Source: Candidatus Sumerlaeota bacterium
GTDB taxonomy: Bacteria; Sumerlaeota; Sumerlaeia; MWCT01
Length of the DNA: 42,318 nucleotides
Reading direction: 5' to 3'
NCBI GenBank assembly: GCA_016931135.1
Contig: JAFGFK010000279.1
Location: 1-42,318, forward strand
A program made the position numbers and the translations under genes. The notes under the pieces were generated by a model. That model worked only from the letters and a program-made list of their open reading frames with translations. It had not been told where the DNA came from and made no database searches. Numbering within the stretch: position 1 is the first letter of the stretch; the number at the start of each line of letters is the position of its first letter. Positions 21,701 through 29,088 of this stretch are shown here, one piece after another.

Positions 21701-21982
21701 CTCGCTGAAATTTATTCGAAAACCGGGAAGATGGATGAAGCGGTCGATGAATGGGATAAAGCCAGTGAAACATTCATCCTCAAGGGAGAACTGGATAAGG
21801 GAATATCTCTTTGTGAAAAAATACTCGAAATCAAACCCAAACACGCCGTTTCCAGGGATCGTCTCTCCAAGGCTATCCTGCAGCGCGATTCCTTCAAGGC
21901 GATTGAAAGCGCCATCTCTTCCTACGCCGATTCTCAGGACAAAGCCCCCGGCGAAAATACAAGCACCGAAGGCGACGCTTGA
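12710..21982 (+). CDS. Giant (3090 aa) TPR-like solenoid protein with N-terminal CHC2 zinc finger of the DnaG zinc-binding-domain type
   Basis: Uninterrupted 9.27-kb ORF. N-terminus CFCPLHKEKAFRSLIVDLKKNSFRCSLKGC..GGTLVHF..AFSLAKLLNLEI, then continuous TPR-like repeats (ILxxDPxNxxxRxxLAxxY). No signal peptide or TM segment. Confidence 0.9.
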   Translation: MGKLSQSGIIEQINDKIDAKVLFDKINYAPDKVQIIGTTLKCFCPLHKEKAFRSLIVDLKKNSFRCSLKGCPGFEGGTLVHFYSLHTGQPEIKSAFSLAKLLNLEIDPDMIQGLSQSFKEEAQQAFLERDIEKAQNFASQALDVDPGNLGARFLMAQALEELGNNVGAIKEFQATADGYSDLGEFNRAIEIYEMYILKREPRNEEILQKVAILYENLGDKDRAIEFYLIIASENDKKSQNDKNIPLFHKILEMNPSRNEVRLQLAQLYESIENLPMAVDQYLDVASWRRNQGDLPSALSILEHIKQTVPENFNCREQIAEIYYEQGNYEKVEQEYLQLGEIAIEQDELHTAERFYKILLEKFPQSLEGRQGLINLFEKMENRTAFSRESIGLADILESMGDLERATTVLARAKRQSPSDVYIREKLIQLLIKANLRDETVEEYFELADLYNEVGEDQTVASCLDKIKSLHPKNLKTLIRAASQFYKYDDKQKGLAEFLQLADDLQDDESFDSSISVCEEALKWEPDNISILERLLSAQTQVGLKDQALETYQKLYQIYRNADNIGKAEEALRDALTLDEKNVRIHSQLTDIYLYQNNTANALSTLTSLSQIYYENEDIDGGIETARKILELNPDSVAIRERLAYLYRENKIFDQSIEEYNLAAEYYISQNQHTAAINDLKAVLEIDENNYESVLKISNLLLEYESFEEALPYLMKGLELLKSGWGSPEDVVKEYHRILALKENQLQLREEFIAYLKSIDYKDEAFKEIRSLVDLYKEQKNFPKSAGLLEELIPLKPEDNSLKSELADMYMSMDIHQEALNYYAQAAAGYREQGEESKTIEIYRKILQIDPQEESIREELAQILASQASQSEKSSKRSKGANLKTEAIEHFLFLINKRRQEEREHENTRFYMKILDLDPEMKDIREKLAAAYEMAQDPESALEQLMILAESYKKEGDFNTAIERCKRAKTILPGNEMPRGLLLNLYEASGDTASLKNEHIALGEIWLNRLMPDKAEKHFLEAQKLDPTDIGVGEKLAEIHEAREDYEAACSQYRKVSSLYEEKGELTSAIAALRKIKLLDPYNFESREKIADLLAKVREIPESLEEYYELAVLSFEIQKPDKARLFIEKISEIAPDHFEFRLKVIQLLHNYNKADEAIEELLNLCAILLQGGRLDNLLKAVDFGLKLDETLLNLREFRIKALLGSNNIKDALDEYHIAARFAFHQEKYENAETYLNAILERKPKDLEALQQSVECALKLDKIESAVDFLMKLIPLFEKNEDFEKAIDASKRILELTPDNVEVMKQLAKFYLNASRESEAVRAFGAIADFYVSHGNYTEACTYLSRILEYDTDSIPTIRKLAFLIYENENLFKARPHFRKFLELCKSQLPPEETIKEYHNVLKVDPANPQLILEFARFLQSIEELEKAREQYLKASSLLTEDARTRGKAIQILNELMEVFPNDTDILSQLADLCVKENKPEQAFIHFNRIAGIFLERKDLKESINFYLKALRIKPDDADLILKIGELYEEMGDATKAVQQYLNLSDLNVKLNKTSQNIEIYQRILSLDESMKPVRHKLARLYEKEKRIDKATIHYLYLGRQYEEEKERNQALAVYQHIKSINPEEEENRKFMVEIYLATKRKEQAKLELEELADLYMKNQQLAEAQVHLLKVKDIAPQDIGVAEKLALLFDQQGEKELSANEYARASALYLKSDDFEKAVHVLLKAKELIPENTEYREELLKCYEKSRKNSEFLSEGMALAGLYFSFQKNKEATRICKIISAFQPSNVELRLQVANLYEANGLREQALEEYLNLCRFLLESKNFAKAGEACETGLALSPDHVPLLEAEIDVFLGLENLPKAVELFLKLAGIHHASENPTAEEQSYRKALEILPEHIPAHDGLINLLTVAGRIQEAVDQLLVLSGIHEKQNNIEAAIQKRQEILILQPENINVRDGLATLYKSQGNNNAAIQEYFTLAQMCEDDENFKGARNYYEAILQIDNRKVDAIRAIINLAQKKKDVEVFIQYSQRLADYFESVQAFADAIPLYQGIIDWDKNYLAAYQKLGFCLEAVGKIEEAVHIYKELGEQYQKQDALNAAVQYFQLVEKHRPNDWNNLKNMADLYVKLKNTDQATVYYTQTIDILRSLDNLDEALKLAQTLVKIKPNHVPSYQIFAEILETKGEDPKASEAYAYIASLLDKEKKIQEAMNARASALRLSPDLVEEREKYAANLVQLGQNDEAIFQYLQITDEYVKRQNHDNAIASARTVFKLDDANPDAHLKLKNIFMTIGNTRDALQEMGWIARDYIQKGLLQDSETILLEAVQLNPNDLSFREDLALVYQKTDQPAKATEQLLKITQQSLVDGDLNKAISSLEKAKSLAKDNIEIRKNLAELYYRNNLPEKAREELFSVANIYLEQGLIEEANKICDMMIQESPKDCSLRELIGDLFKEQEIPELAVKQYLEISFLKKTESAYEDVIKYADMSLELNPKCLEAHENRIEALLKIDRRSEAYDALLTVSEFYSDLGLFEKARDAYRMMAELAPDDPVPIQKLALVYSLMNKKDDQINALRELGDIFLRLDRTEDAVKTFRSIIDLRPDDTRARVQYIDLYSRIGPEQELVDDYIKLIDIFIKHKATAEATRIFEKLIRITPEDAEIREKFIRFLVQNNDRAKAFGEMSSLSSMYMESGELKKASRLLGEAVKIAPEDPSVHLQLAETYVMMNAKGMAVQEFKKSATLFEKIDNPAKSLEICERIIMIDPYNLEVRQTYIERLKKTDRIEDIVVHSQKLADLYIERGLLDLAENVYRDILKIQPDNIEIWNFLIQTHLQIGLEEDLVDDYLSLGDLYLSKGALKEALVQYKKVIEADPLNVEVRRKYIDTYLQIGLEHDLIDDYLELADALMNRQQIEDAIRLYSHVMSLDPDNKQARMKLSETRGQTDKPDKKGKRKKADKEEREQISLATDLPKKPVERPSLPEVSYQSAIDNYKNILSMNPANANIRCKLAEIYSKTGKMDEAVDEWDKASETFILKGELDKGISLCEKILEIKPKHAVSRDRLSKAILQRDSFKAIESAISSYADSQDKAPGENTSTEGDA

Positions 21983-22043
21983 TTTCGGATCGGTTCCCTT
22001 CTCCGCCTCCAGTCATTTCTATAACGCTGATCATGGCGTCCCG

Positions 22044-23027
22044 CTACAGGCGTTGACTCTTTTGATTTTGAGTCATTTGCAGGGCAAGACCCACGGAACC
22101 GATGACTCCGGCGTCATTGCCAAGTTCCGCGGGTATTATCTTCAGATTCTCGAAGTGTTCGGGGAATACGCGGCGTTTGACCTCGCGTCTTACCGGTTCA
22201 ATAATCACCGCTCCCGCATTCATCATTCCTCCCCCGATGACGACGACATCGGGATTCAACGCCATGACTGCCGTTGACACCCCCACGCCAAGATAATATC
22301 CCAGCTGCTCGAGCATCTCTTTTGCGAAAACATCTCCCTGTTGATATGCCTCATAAATGAGTTTCGCCGTCAGTTTCTTCCCTTCCCGAGACCATTTTTG
22401 AAGCAGGGGGGCTCGCCCTTGCTTGATATTCAATTCAACGATCCGCACAAGGGATGTGGCAGACGCATACGCCTCGAGACAACCCTGGTTTCCGCATCCG
22501 CAAAGCCTGCCGTCGGGTACAATGGTGACATGTCCCAGTTCTCCCGCACAATCGCTTGCGCCGCGGATCAATTCCCCGTTGATGATGATTCCACCGCCGA
22601 CTCCCGTTCCCAGCGTATAGGCAAGCATGATGGAGGAGTTTTGCCCCGCTCCTTTCCAGTATTCTCCATAAGCGGCGGCATTGGCGTCATTCTCCAAGTT
22701 GGCGGGTATTCCAAAGACTTTTTCTATGCGATCCCGCAGCGGGACGTTGATCCATCCCGGTAGATTGACCGCGTTACAAACGATACCCTTCCTGGTATCG
22801 AGAGGACCGGGAGAACCTATTCCTATCGCGCATATTTCGTCTTCTGTCGTCTTGTTTTGTTTCATGACAAGCCGGATCGCCCGGAGGATGTTTTCAATGA
22901 CGCCTTCCGGACCCCGATCCCTTTCCGAGTCGATCTCTACTTTTCCAACGATTTCTCCGTGGATCCTAACGAGGGCTGTTTTGATAAATGTGCCTCCCAG
23001 ATCAACGCCTATGGCATATGATTTCAT
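22044..23027 (-). CDS. ROK family sugar kinase (glucokinase-like)
   Basis: IGVDLGGT, GIGSPG, LENDANAAAYGE, TLGTGVGGG, GELGH, CGCGNQGCLEAYAS. Start at 23027 preferred; 23087 is an alternative. Confidence 0.93.
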   Translation of the reverse strand: MKSYAIGVDLGGTFIKTALVRIHGEIVGKVEIDSERDRGPEGVIENILRAIRLVMKQNKTTEDEICAIGIGSPGPLDTRKGIVCNAVNLPGWINVPLRDRIEKVFGIPANLENDANAAAYGEYWKGAGQNSSIMLAYTLGTGVGGGIIINGELIRGASDCAGELGHVTIVPDGRLCGCGNQGCLEAYASATSLVRIVELNIKQGRAPLLQKWSREGKKLTAKLIYEAYQQGDVFAKEMLEQLGYYLGVGVSTAVMALNPDVVVIGGGMMNAGAVIIEPVRREVKRRVFPEHFENLKIIPAELGNDAGVIGSVGLALQMTQNQKSQRL

Positions 23028-23108
23028 ACCTGTGGGAAACCTCCTTGTTCCCTCCCGGGAAAATTTTTTCTCGCTTCCTGGTTTCATAGCGTTAAAATCA
23101 ATTCATGT

Positions 23109-23137
23109 CTTTTAGGTTTTTCCTTCATAAACGTCAA
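23109..23137 (-). promoter_or_regulatory. Possible sigma70 promoter for the ROK kinase
   Basis: On the minus strand, TTGACG, 17-nt spacer, TAAAAG. The -10 box is an imperfect match. Confidence 0.35.
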
Positions 23138-23216
23138 GTGAATGAATAAATAAATAATTGACTTTTGTTCGATCCCGGTATTCCGTTATGTTATCTATGT
23201 ATAGGAGATAGGGAAT

Positions 23217-23609
23217 ATGACGTCAAAACTGATTTACATCGTCGATGATGAAAAGGAAGTCAGCGAGCTCTTGCGCCTCGCTCTGGAAACAAGGAATTAT
23301 AACGTAAAGACCGGTAGCGACGGTGAACAAGCCATGACGATGGTGAAACAGAAAAAACCGGACCTTCTTATCCTTGATTTCAAGATGCCCAAGATGAATG
23401 GCTATGAAGTCGTCAACGCCCTGAAATCTGACAAGGAATATTCCGACATTCCTATCATGGTGCTGACCATTATTACCCAGGGATCGAACAGAACGGACGA
23501 AGATTGGAAGAAGAGCCTTGGCGTCGATGACTTTATCACGAAGCCCTTCGATCCCCTCGTTGTCGTTGAAAGAGTGAAACATATCCTGGAGAAGAACAAA
23601 ACGGGATAA
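23217..23609 (+). CDS. Single-domain response regulator (receiver only)
   Basis: IVDDE, LILDFKMPKMNG (phospho-Asp), VLT, FITKPF. AGGAG upstream. Confidence 0.92.
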   Translation: MTSKLIYIVDDEKEVSELLRLALETRNYNVKTGSDGEQAMTMVKQKKPDLLILDFKMPKMNGYEVVNALKSDKEYSDIPIMVLTIITQGSNRTDEDWKKSLGVDDFITKPFDPLVVVERVKHILEKNKTG

Positions 23610-23646
23610 AACGGGTCGGATGATCGGGTTTTCTATCCGATAGCGC

Positions 23647-26034
23647 ATGGAAGAACATCTCGTTTTTCGCAAACCAATCTCAATGATCCAAAACCAACAC
23701 ATCCACAGCAGCCCTTTTTTTCGGGCGCTTCTGGGAATTGCCGTTTTTTTCCTCTTTGTTCTTTTTTGTATCCTGCTCGATATATCCAATTTCTTCCTGA
23801 ATTACATCCTTTTTTTATTATTGGCGGCTAGTATTTTTAAACCTTTTTATCCTCTTTATCTTCTTTTTCTTCTGTTGCCGTTTTTTGGCAACAATCCCGG
23901 GGGGAAACATTTCCTTTTCTTTGTCGATCAGATTCTTTTGATTGCGCTCCTGCGTTGGCTGATCCCTCTCCTTTTTGCAAAAAAGATCGTCCTCCGCGGT
24001 GCGCGCTTTGGCGTATGGATATGGCTTTTCTTCATTGCCACGATTCTTTGCCTTTTCCCCCTGCGCCTCGAAATCCTCAATGAGATGCGCGCTATCGGGA
24101 ATATCAAATGGCTTTTATATAACGTCTTCAACGCTTATGCCGTGAATTATTTCTGGTCCTTGAGGGTTCCTCTTAATTTGTTCTTATCCATCATGTTTTT
24201 CTATCATGTCATCAATAATGTCTCCGAAAAAAAACAACTGTCGAATCTGGCGCTGTGCGCCCTTTCGGGAATGTTCCTTTCCCTTGCGATCGGAATTCTC
24301 GATTTTCATAATATCATCGACCTGACCTTCTTTCGTTCCTTGAATCCCGATATCCAGCGCTTTGGCTATAAACGTTTGATGAGCCTGTTCTGGCATTCCG
24401 GATGGTTCGCCGAATACCTGTCCCTGTTATCTCCTTTTTACCTGGCGTTTCTCTGTTATCGTAAATTCAAACTGAAATTACGTCATATACTCCTGTTCAC
24501 GATGATTCTCTATGGCGTCGTTTTTACCTATCAACGCGCGGGGTGGATCTCCTTTATGAGCAGCGCCGTTGTTCTGCTGTTTTTATGCGGGAAAACTTAT
24601 CACTATTCATACAGGCGTCTATTGAGGATTTTCGTCGGACTTTTTGTTCTTTCTCTTGGCTTCGCGATGCTGTTTCTTGTTTTTTTCGATACAGACATGA
24701 AAATGTCTCTTGTTCACCGCCTGCAAAATATCTTTCAGTACAAAGATCGTACCCATATATGGAACCAGGCTTTGATTCTTTATTCGAAAAAGCCTTTTCT
24801 TGGCGTTGGATCGGGGAACTATTATCTTTATCATCGCTCTGCGTTTCCCCCGGATCATCCTTTTTTCGATTATGACAAGGTGACCGCGCATAACACTTAT
24901 ATCCATCTGCTTGTCGAAAGGGGACCTTTTGCCCTCTTGTTTTTTATAGTTCTTCTCGGTTCGGCGTTTCACTCATTGATCAAGTCGTTTGGCAGGGGAG
25001 AAAACAATCCCGATCGCCGCATGATCGTTGTCGCCTTGTTGTCTTCCCTGACAGCCTTCACGGTTTACGGCATCGCCCAGTATATGTTTTATATTCGTAT
25101 CATCGAACTCATATTCTGGTTCATCCTCGCTTTATCCGAGATCGTCTCACGCGCGGAACAGGATCAATATCAGGAAAACAAGAGAAATCCTTATAGATGG
25201 CATTTAGTCGTTTTTGTCGCAATTCTATCGGTTTTCCTTTGTTTTCAACCCACATCACGGGATATGTTTTATTGGAACAAGTGTGAGCATATCGATTCCA
25301 GTTTCATTGGATCCTGGTTCGATCCCTGGGATGAAGTGACTTTGCCTTGTGAAGGAGATGTGGTGGAAACGCGCTTCTTTCTTTTCCATCCCGACGTCAA
25401 AACGAATCCCGTTCATGTGAGTCTTACGGTAAACGAGCGGGCGCTAGCCACTTTTCTTACGCGGGATTTTTACGCGCACGCCATTGCAGCTTACGTTCCT
25501 TCCAGTTTTAAAAGGCCTCTTCGCATAGGTCTTCGTACCGATCGTCTCGTCCGCATGAACGAACTTTTTCCTGAATTCAAACATGACAGGAAGCAATTCC
25601 AGTGCGTGGGCGAGAGAAATATCCATTGCAGGAATCTCGGTTTGGAAGGGGTGGGTTTTTATCCATGGGAAGAGACGGATGGGCGCCGTTTCCGATGGAC
25701 TTACGCAAAACGGGCGTTGTGCGAGGTGAAGGTGACTTCACCCATTCTTCATCTTCAACTCGCGGCTTCCAATCCGGACCTCTCCCAAAAACCTCTATCC
25801 GTATCCATCGGTTTTTATAATGACAAGAACCGGACTATTTCTTCACAGGTTTTTCTCCTCGAGAAACAGAAAGGAGACAATTCTTCTCTGAACGCCGTTT
25901 TCGATCTTAAAGATTATATCGGGAAAACAGTCCGGATGGAAATAACGACTGATCGTCTCTTTTGTCCCCTCGATGACGACATCGAGGACCCAAGAACTCT
26001 GGGGATTTATGTCAGCGAACCTTTTTGGGAATGA
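23647..26034 (+). CDS. O-antigen ligase (Wzy_C) family membrane protein with extended C-terminal soluble domain
   Basis: Many TM helices, TYQRAGW, DRTHIWNQAL...KPFLGVGSGNY, TAHNTYIHLLVERG, then a beta-rich tail (GFYPWEETDGRRFRWT, DPRTLGI). Confidence 0.85.
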   Translation: MEEHLVFRKPISMIQNQHIHSSPFFRALLGIAVFFLFVLFCILLDISNFFLNYILFLLLAASIFKPFYPLYLLFLLLPFFGNNPGGKHFLFFVDQILLIALLRWLIPLLFAKKIVLRGARFGVWIWLFFIATILCLFPLRLEILNEMRAIGNIKWLLYNVFNAYAVNYFWSLRVPLNLFLSIMFFYHVINNVSEKKQLSNLALCALSGMFLSLAIGILDFHNIIDLTFFRSLNPDIQRFGYKRLMSLFWHSGWFAEYLSLLSPFYLAFLCYRKFKLKLRHILLFTMILYGVVFTYQRAGWISFMSSAVVLLFLCGKTYHYSYRRLLRIFVGLFVLSLGFAMLFLVFFDTDMKMSLVHRLQNIFQYKDRTHIWNQALILYSKKPFLGVGSGNYYLYHRSAFPPDHPFFDYDKVTAHNTYIHLLVERGPFALLFFIVLLGSAFHSLIKSFGRGENNPDRRMIVVALLSSLTAFTVYGIAQYMFYIRIIELIFWFILALSEIVSRAEQDQYQENKRNPYRWHLVVFVAILSVFLCFQPTSRDMFYWNKCEHIDSSFIGSWFDPWDEVTLPCEGDVVETRFFLFHPDVKTNPVHVSLTVNERALATFLTRDFYAHAIAAYVPSSFKRPLRIGLRTDRLVRMNELFPEFKHDRKQFQCVGERNIHCRNLGLEGVGFYPWEETDGRRFRWTYAKRALCEVKVTSPILHLQLAASNPDLSQKPLSVSIGFYNDKNRTISSQVFLLEKQKGDNSSLNAVFDLKDYIGKTVRMEITTDRLFCPLDDDIEDPRTLGIYVSEPFWE

Positions 26035-26819
26035 CGCTTCATCCAAAGGTGATTCACCGGGGATATCCCATGTCCGATCGAGTGAGCGTGACGGATGGCT
26101 TCCGTAACATATTCTTTTGCCAGCCCTACGGCTTCCCGCAGGGGTTTCCCCATTCCAATATAAGCCGCAAGCGCTGCGGACAGTGTGCATCCGGTTCCAT
26201 GCGTGTGTGAAATGTCTAGACGCGGAGACGTATATTCCATGAATTCATCTCCATCGAAGAACAGATCGATAGAGGCGTCGCCCTTCCTATGTCCTCCTTT
26301 TATAAGGACGGCGCGGGCGCCCATCCTCATGATGACTTCCGCTGATTCCTTCATTTCTTTCAGATTCGTTATTTCCCTTCCCGTGATAACGGAGGCTTCA
26401 TCGAGATTCGGGGTGACGATCATTGCCAGAGGCAGGATATCCCGCGAAAGGGCGCTTTCCGCTTCTTTCTTCAATAGGCGGGCGCCGCTTTTGGATACCA
26501 TGACAGGATCCACGACAATGTTCGCCATGTTGAATTCCCGCAATGTTCCGGCGACAATCCGGATAATGGAGGCGTTGAGCAGCATGCCGGTTTTTACGGC
26601 GTCAATCCCGATATCGGAAAAAACCGATCGCATCTGACATTCCACAAACCTTGACGGCACAGCGTGAATGTCCTGAACGCCCAGGGTATTTTGCGCCGTC
26701 AGGGCGGTTATGGCTGACATGCCGAATACCCCGAGATTCTGGAATGTTTTGAGGTCTGCCTGGATACCCGCCCCTCCTCCGGAATCCGATCCGGCAATTG
26801 TCATCACTCGTATTGTCAT
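26007..26819 (-). CDS. thiD: Hydroxymethylpyrimidine/phosphomethylpyrimidine kinase
   Basis: [69 protein letters not shown] before ATG 26819. Confidence 0.96.
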   Translation of the reverse strand: MTIRVMTIAGSDSGGGAGIQADLKTFQNLGVFGMSAITALTAQNTLGVQDIHAVPSRFVECQMRSVFSDIGIDAVKTGMLLNASIIRIVAGTLREFNMANIVVDPVMVSKSGARLLKKEAESALSRDILPLAMIVTPNLDEASVITGREITNLKEMKESAEVIMRMGARAVLIKGGHRKGDASIDLFFDGDEFMEYTSPRLDISHTHGTGCTLSAALAAYIGMGKPLREAVGLAKEYVTEAIRHAHSIGHGISPVNHLWMKRHSQKGSLT

Positions 26820-26860
26820 AGTCTTTTTCTCCACTTGTCAGGAAATCGGAAAATGCCGAG

Positions 26861-27571
26861 TTACGTTTCACAGACGCCTTTGAGTCTTCTCAGTTCATCT
26901 TCCAGGGAGGCGCGGATTTTCTCGATCCCCTCTCGTTCTGTTTCCGGCGGCGCCATGAGGGGTCTGCCGATTTTGATCAGGCATTTTGAAAAGGGGAGGG
27001 GTATCTCGCACCGGTCCCAGGAAGGGAGGGCGATTTTCCATGAATAGTTCGCAGCGGAAGGCAGGATAACTGCGCCGGTCGTTTTTGCCAGGAGAATGGA
27101 TCCTGGTTTGACCCTGTAGCGGGGACCCTGTGATCCATCGACGGCAAGAGCGGTGTTGAAGTTTTGTTTCAGTCGTTCGTGGAGATTGAGGAATCCGCCG
27201 ATCGCTCCCCGGTTGCCGGAACCCCTCACTGTTCCAAATCCGAATTTGTGAAGGAAACAGGATAAAAGTTCGCCATCCCTGCTTTTGCTCGTGAGAATGT
27301 AGATTTTTCTTTTCTTGTTTTGATTTATCCCAGCGCTTGCAGTGATAAATAGATCACCGTGCCAGAATGCGAAAATTACGCCCAGCCCTTTTTCATAAGC
27401 TTCTTCGAGATATTCCTTGTTCTCATAGTGAATTCGTAGGGTCATGCTCCAGAGGCGAAACAGGTAATAAAATATCGGAACTGCGATCTTCCGAAGCATG
27501 AAATATTTGAAATCTTTTCCCCAATGGGCTTTCTTTTTGCGTTCAGGGTTTGAGGAATACGGATTACTCAT
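26861..27571 (-). CDS. DUF374 / LpxJ-like lysophospholipid acyltransferase family protein
   Basis: [46 protein letters not shown] 27571 overlaps the end of the HU gene; the ORF-track extension to 27700 lies inside HU. Confidence 0.85.
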   Translation of the reverse strand: MSNPYSSNPERKKKAHWGKDFKYFMLRKIAVPIFYYLFRLWSMTLRIHYENKEYLEEAYEKGLGVIFAFWHGDLFITASAGINQNKKRKIYILTSKSRDGELLSCFLHKFGFGTVRGSGNRGAIGGFLNLHERLKQNFNTALAVDGSQGPRYRVKPGSILLAKTTGAVILPSAANYSWKIALPSWDRCEIPLPFSKCLIKIGRPLMAPPETEREGIEKIRASLEDELRRLKGVCET

Positions 27572-27839
27572 TGACTGTTTCGCGGAAGGCTTTGCCCGGT
27601 TTAAACACTGCCACGCGCTTCGGGGGAATATCGATCTTCTGACCTGTCCTGGGATTACGTCCGCTTCTCGCATTCTTTTCTTTGACGCAAAATGTTCCAA
27701 AACCTACCAGGCAGACTTTTTCTCCCTTTTTCAGGGCATTTTTGACCGACTCGAGAAAAAATTCCACGGTATCGACCGCCTGGTTCCGGGACAATCCCGT
27801 TTTGTCCATCAAGGATTTCACCATTTCAACTTTTGTCAT
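27564..27839 (-). CDS. hup: DNA-binding protein HU
   Basis: MTKVEMV...GEKVCLVGFGTF...ARSGRNPRTGQKIDIP...FKPGK. GGGGAG RBS upstream. Confidence 0.93.
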   Translation of the reverse strand: MTKVEMVKSLMDKTGLSRNQAVDTVEFFLESVKNALKKGEKVCLVGFGTFCVKEKNARSGRNPRTGQKIDIPPKRVAVFKPGKAFRETVNE

Positions 27840-28220
27840 TGCATTCTCCCCATAGTTTTTCCTGTTCATATAAATCATAAAAACAATACTATGAATATCG
27901 TATCATGCTCCGATGTCAAGCTGAAAAATATAAGCCCTCTTCCGGTCTTCCGGGAGGCGCGCATCAGTTTTCCGAGTAATAGGCGGGATTATGGGGCCAT
28001 ACTCAATAAAAATCCTTCAAACTATCCTGAGTTTTTTCTACAACAGGGATGCGGGATGATCTTGATGCGCTCCCGATTTTGTATCCGAACGGTTTAGACT
28101 TGACAATTGAAGCCGCCGCTCCATAGCTGTATATTCATCGATTTTGAAGGTTTTTCGTCGTATATCCTTAAACGTCAACAGGCGCTCGGACAATACGGGA
28201 ATCAGCATGAATCAGGTGTG

Positions 28221-29072
28221 ATGATGGCGTGCGATTTACATATTCATTCAACCGCTTCCGATGGAAGCTTCACCCCTTCTCAAGTTGTGGATCATGCCTG
28301 GAATATCGGACTCACCTGCATTTCCCTTACGGATCACGACACGGTGGAAGGAATCGAAGAGGCGGAGACCTGCGCCCGGGAACATGGCGTTCCCTTTATC
28401 CCGGGAATCGAGATGACGACGGTAGTGGATGAGCATGAAATCCATATCCTGGGATATTTTATAGATTATCGCAGCCCTGATTTCCACAATTTCCTGAAGT
28501 TCAGCAGGGATCAGACCTATTGCCGTTTGAGCGAGATTGTCAGCGCCTTGTCGAAACAAGGGTATTCCCTCACCATGGAGGAAGTTTCCGAGATCGCGGG
28601 CCCTGGCAGTATGGGAAGACCCCATGTTGCCCAGGCAATGGTTCGACATGGATATGTCGAGAACACACAGGAGGCTTTTGAGCGTTTCATAGGTTCTGAT
28701 GGGCTCGCTTATGTTCCGCCAAGGGGAGTACACTCGAAAGAAGCGTATCGCGTGATCGCGGAGGCGGGGGGCGTTTCCGCTTTCGCCCACCCGGGACAGG
28801 GCGGAAGAGCCGATATGGTTCGCGATCATGAAATTGAACTGCACAGGGAATGGGGAGCCAGGGCTCTTGAAGTCTTTCATCCCCGCCATGATGATTATAT
28901 GATCAATTATTATTTGAAACTGGCGCATAAGTTGAACCTGGGAATTGTCGGGGGCTCCGATTGCCACGGCGCCTATTATCCCAAAATCCTCATGGACAGG
29001 AAACTCGTACCCGATTGGGTGGCTGAAAAGATAAGGGAATTCCATGATAAGTTATCTTTAGGTTCGATCTGA
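28221..29072 (+). CDS. PHP-domain metal-dependent phosphoesterase (TrpH/YciV-like)
   Basis: DLHIHSTASDG, LTDHDT, PGIE, HILGY, GRPH, AHP, GGSDCHG. Likely start at 28221 or 28224. Confidence 0.92.
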   Translation: MMACDLHIHSTASDGSFTPSQVVDHAWNIGLTCISLTDHDTVEGIEEAETCAREHGVPFIPGIEMTTVVDEHEIHILGYFIDYRSPDFHNFLKFSRDQTYCRLSEIVSALSKQGYSLTMEEVSEIAGPGSMGRPHVAQAMVRHGYVENTQEAFERFIGSDGLAYVPPRGVHSKEAYRVIAEAGGVSAFAHPGQGGRADMVRDHEIELHREWGARALEVFHPRHDDYMINYYLKLAHKLNLGIVGGSDCHGAYYPKILMDRKLVPDWVAEKIREFHDKLSLGSI

Positions 29073-29088
29073 GCATGGTCTTGAAAAA

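Noticed and set aside
12710-21982. Giant TPR protein as an anti-phage defence system (Avs/CHAT-TPR type)
   Set aside because: No NTPase, caspase-like, nuclease, TIR or SIR2 effector is visible, and the neighbours are housekeeping and envelope genes. It is not strictly excluded.
26861-27700. ORF-track N-terminal extensions (27700 here; also starts at 59, 9134, 28107 and 41659)
   Set aside because: Downstream ATGs fit RBS position, signal peptides or domain starts better, and the 27700 start would overlap HU extensively.
27914-28105. Perfect TTGACA boxes upstream of HU (minus, 27914-27919) and PHP (plus, 28100-28105)
   Set aside because: These are plausible -35 elements, but there is no convincing -10 box at 16-18 nt, so they are not called as promoters.
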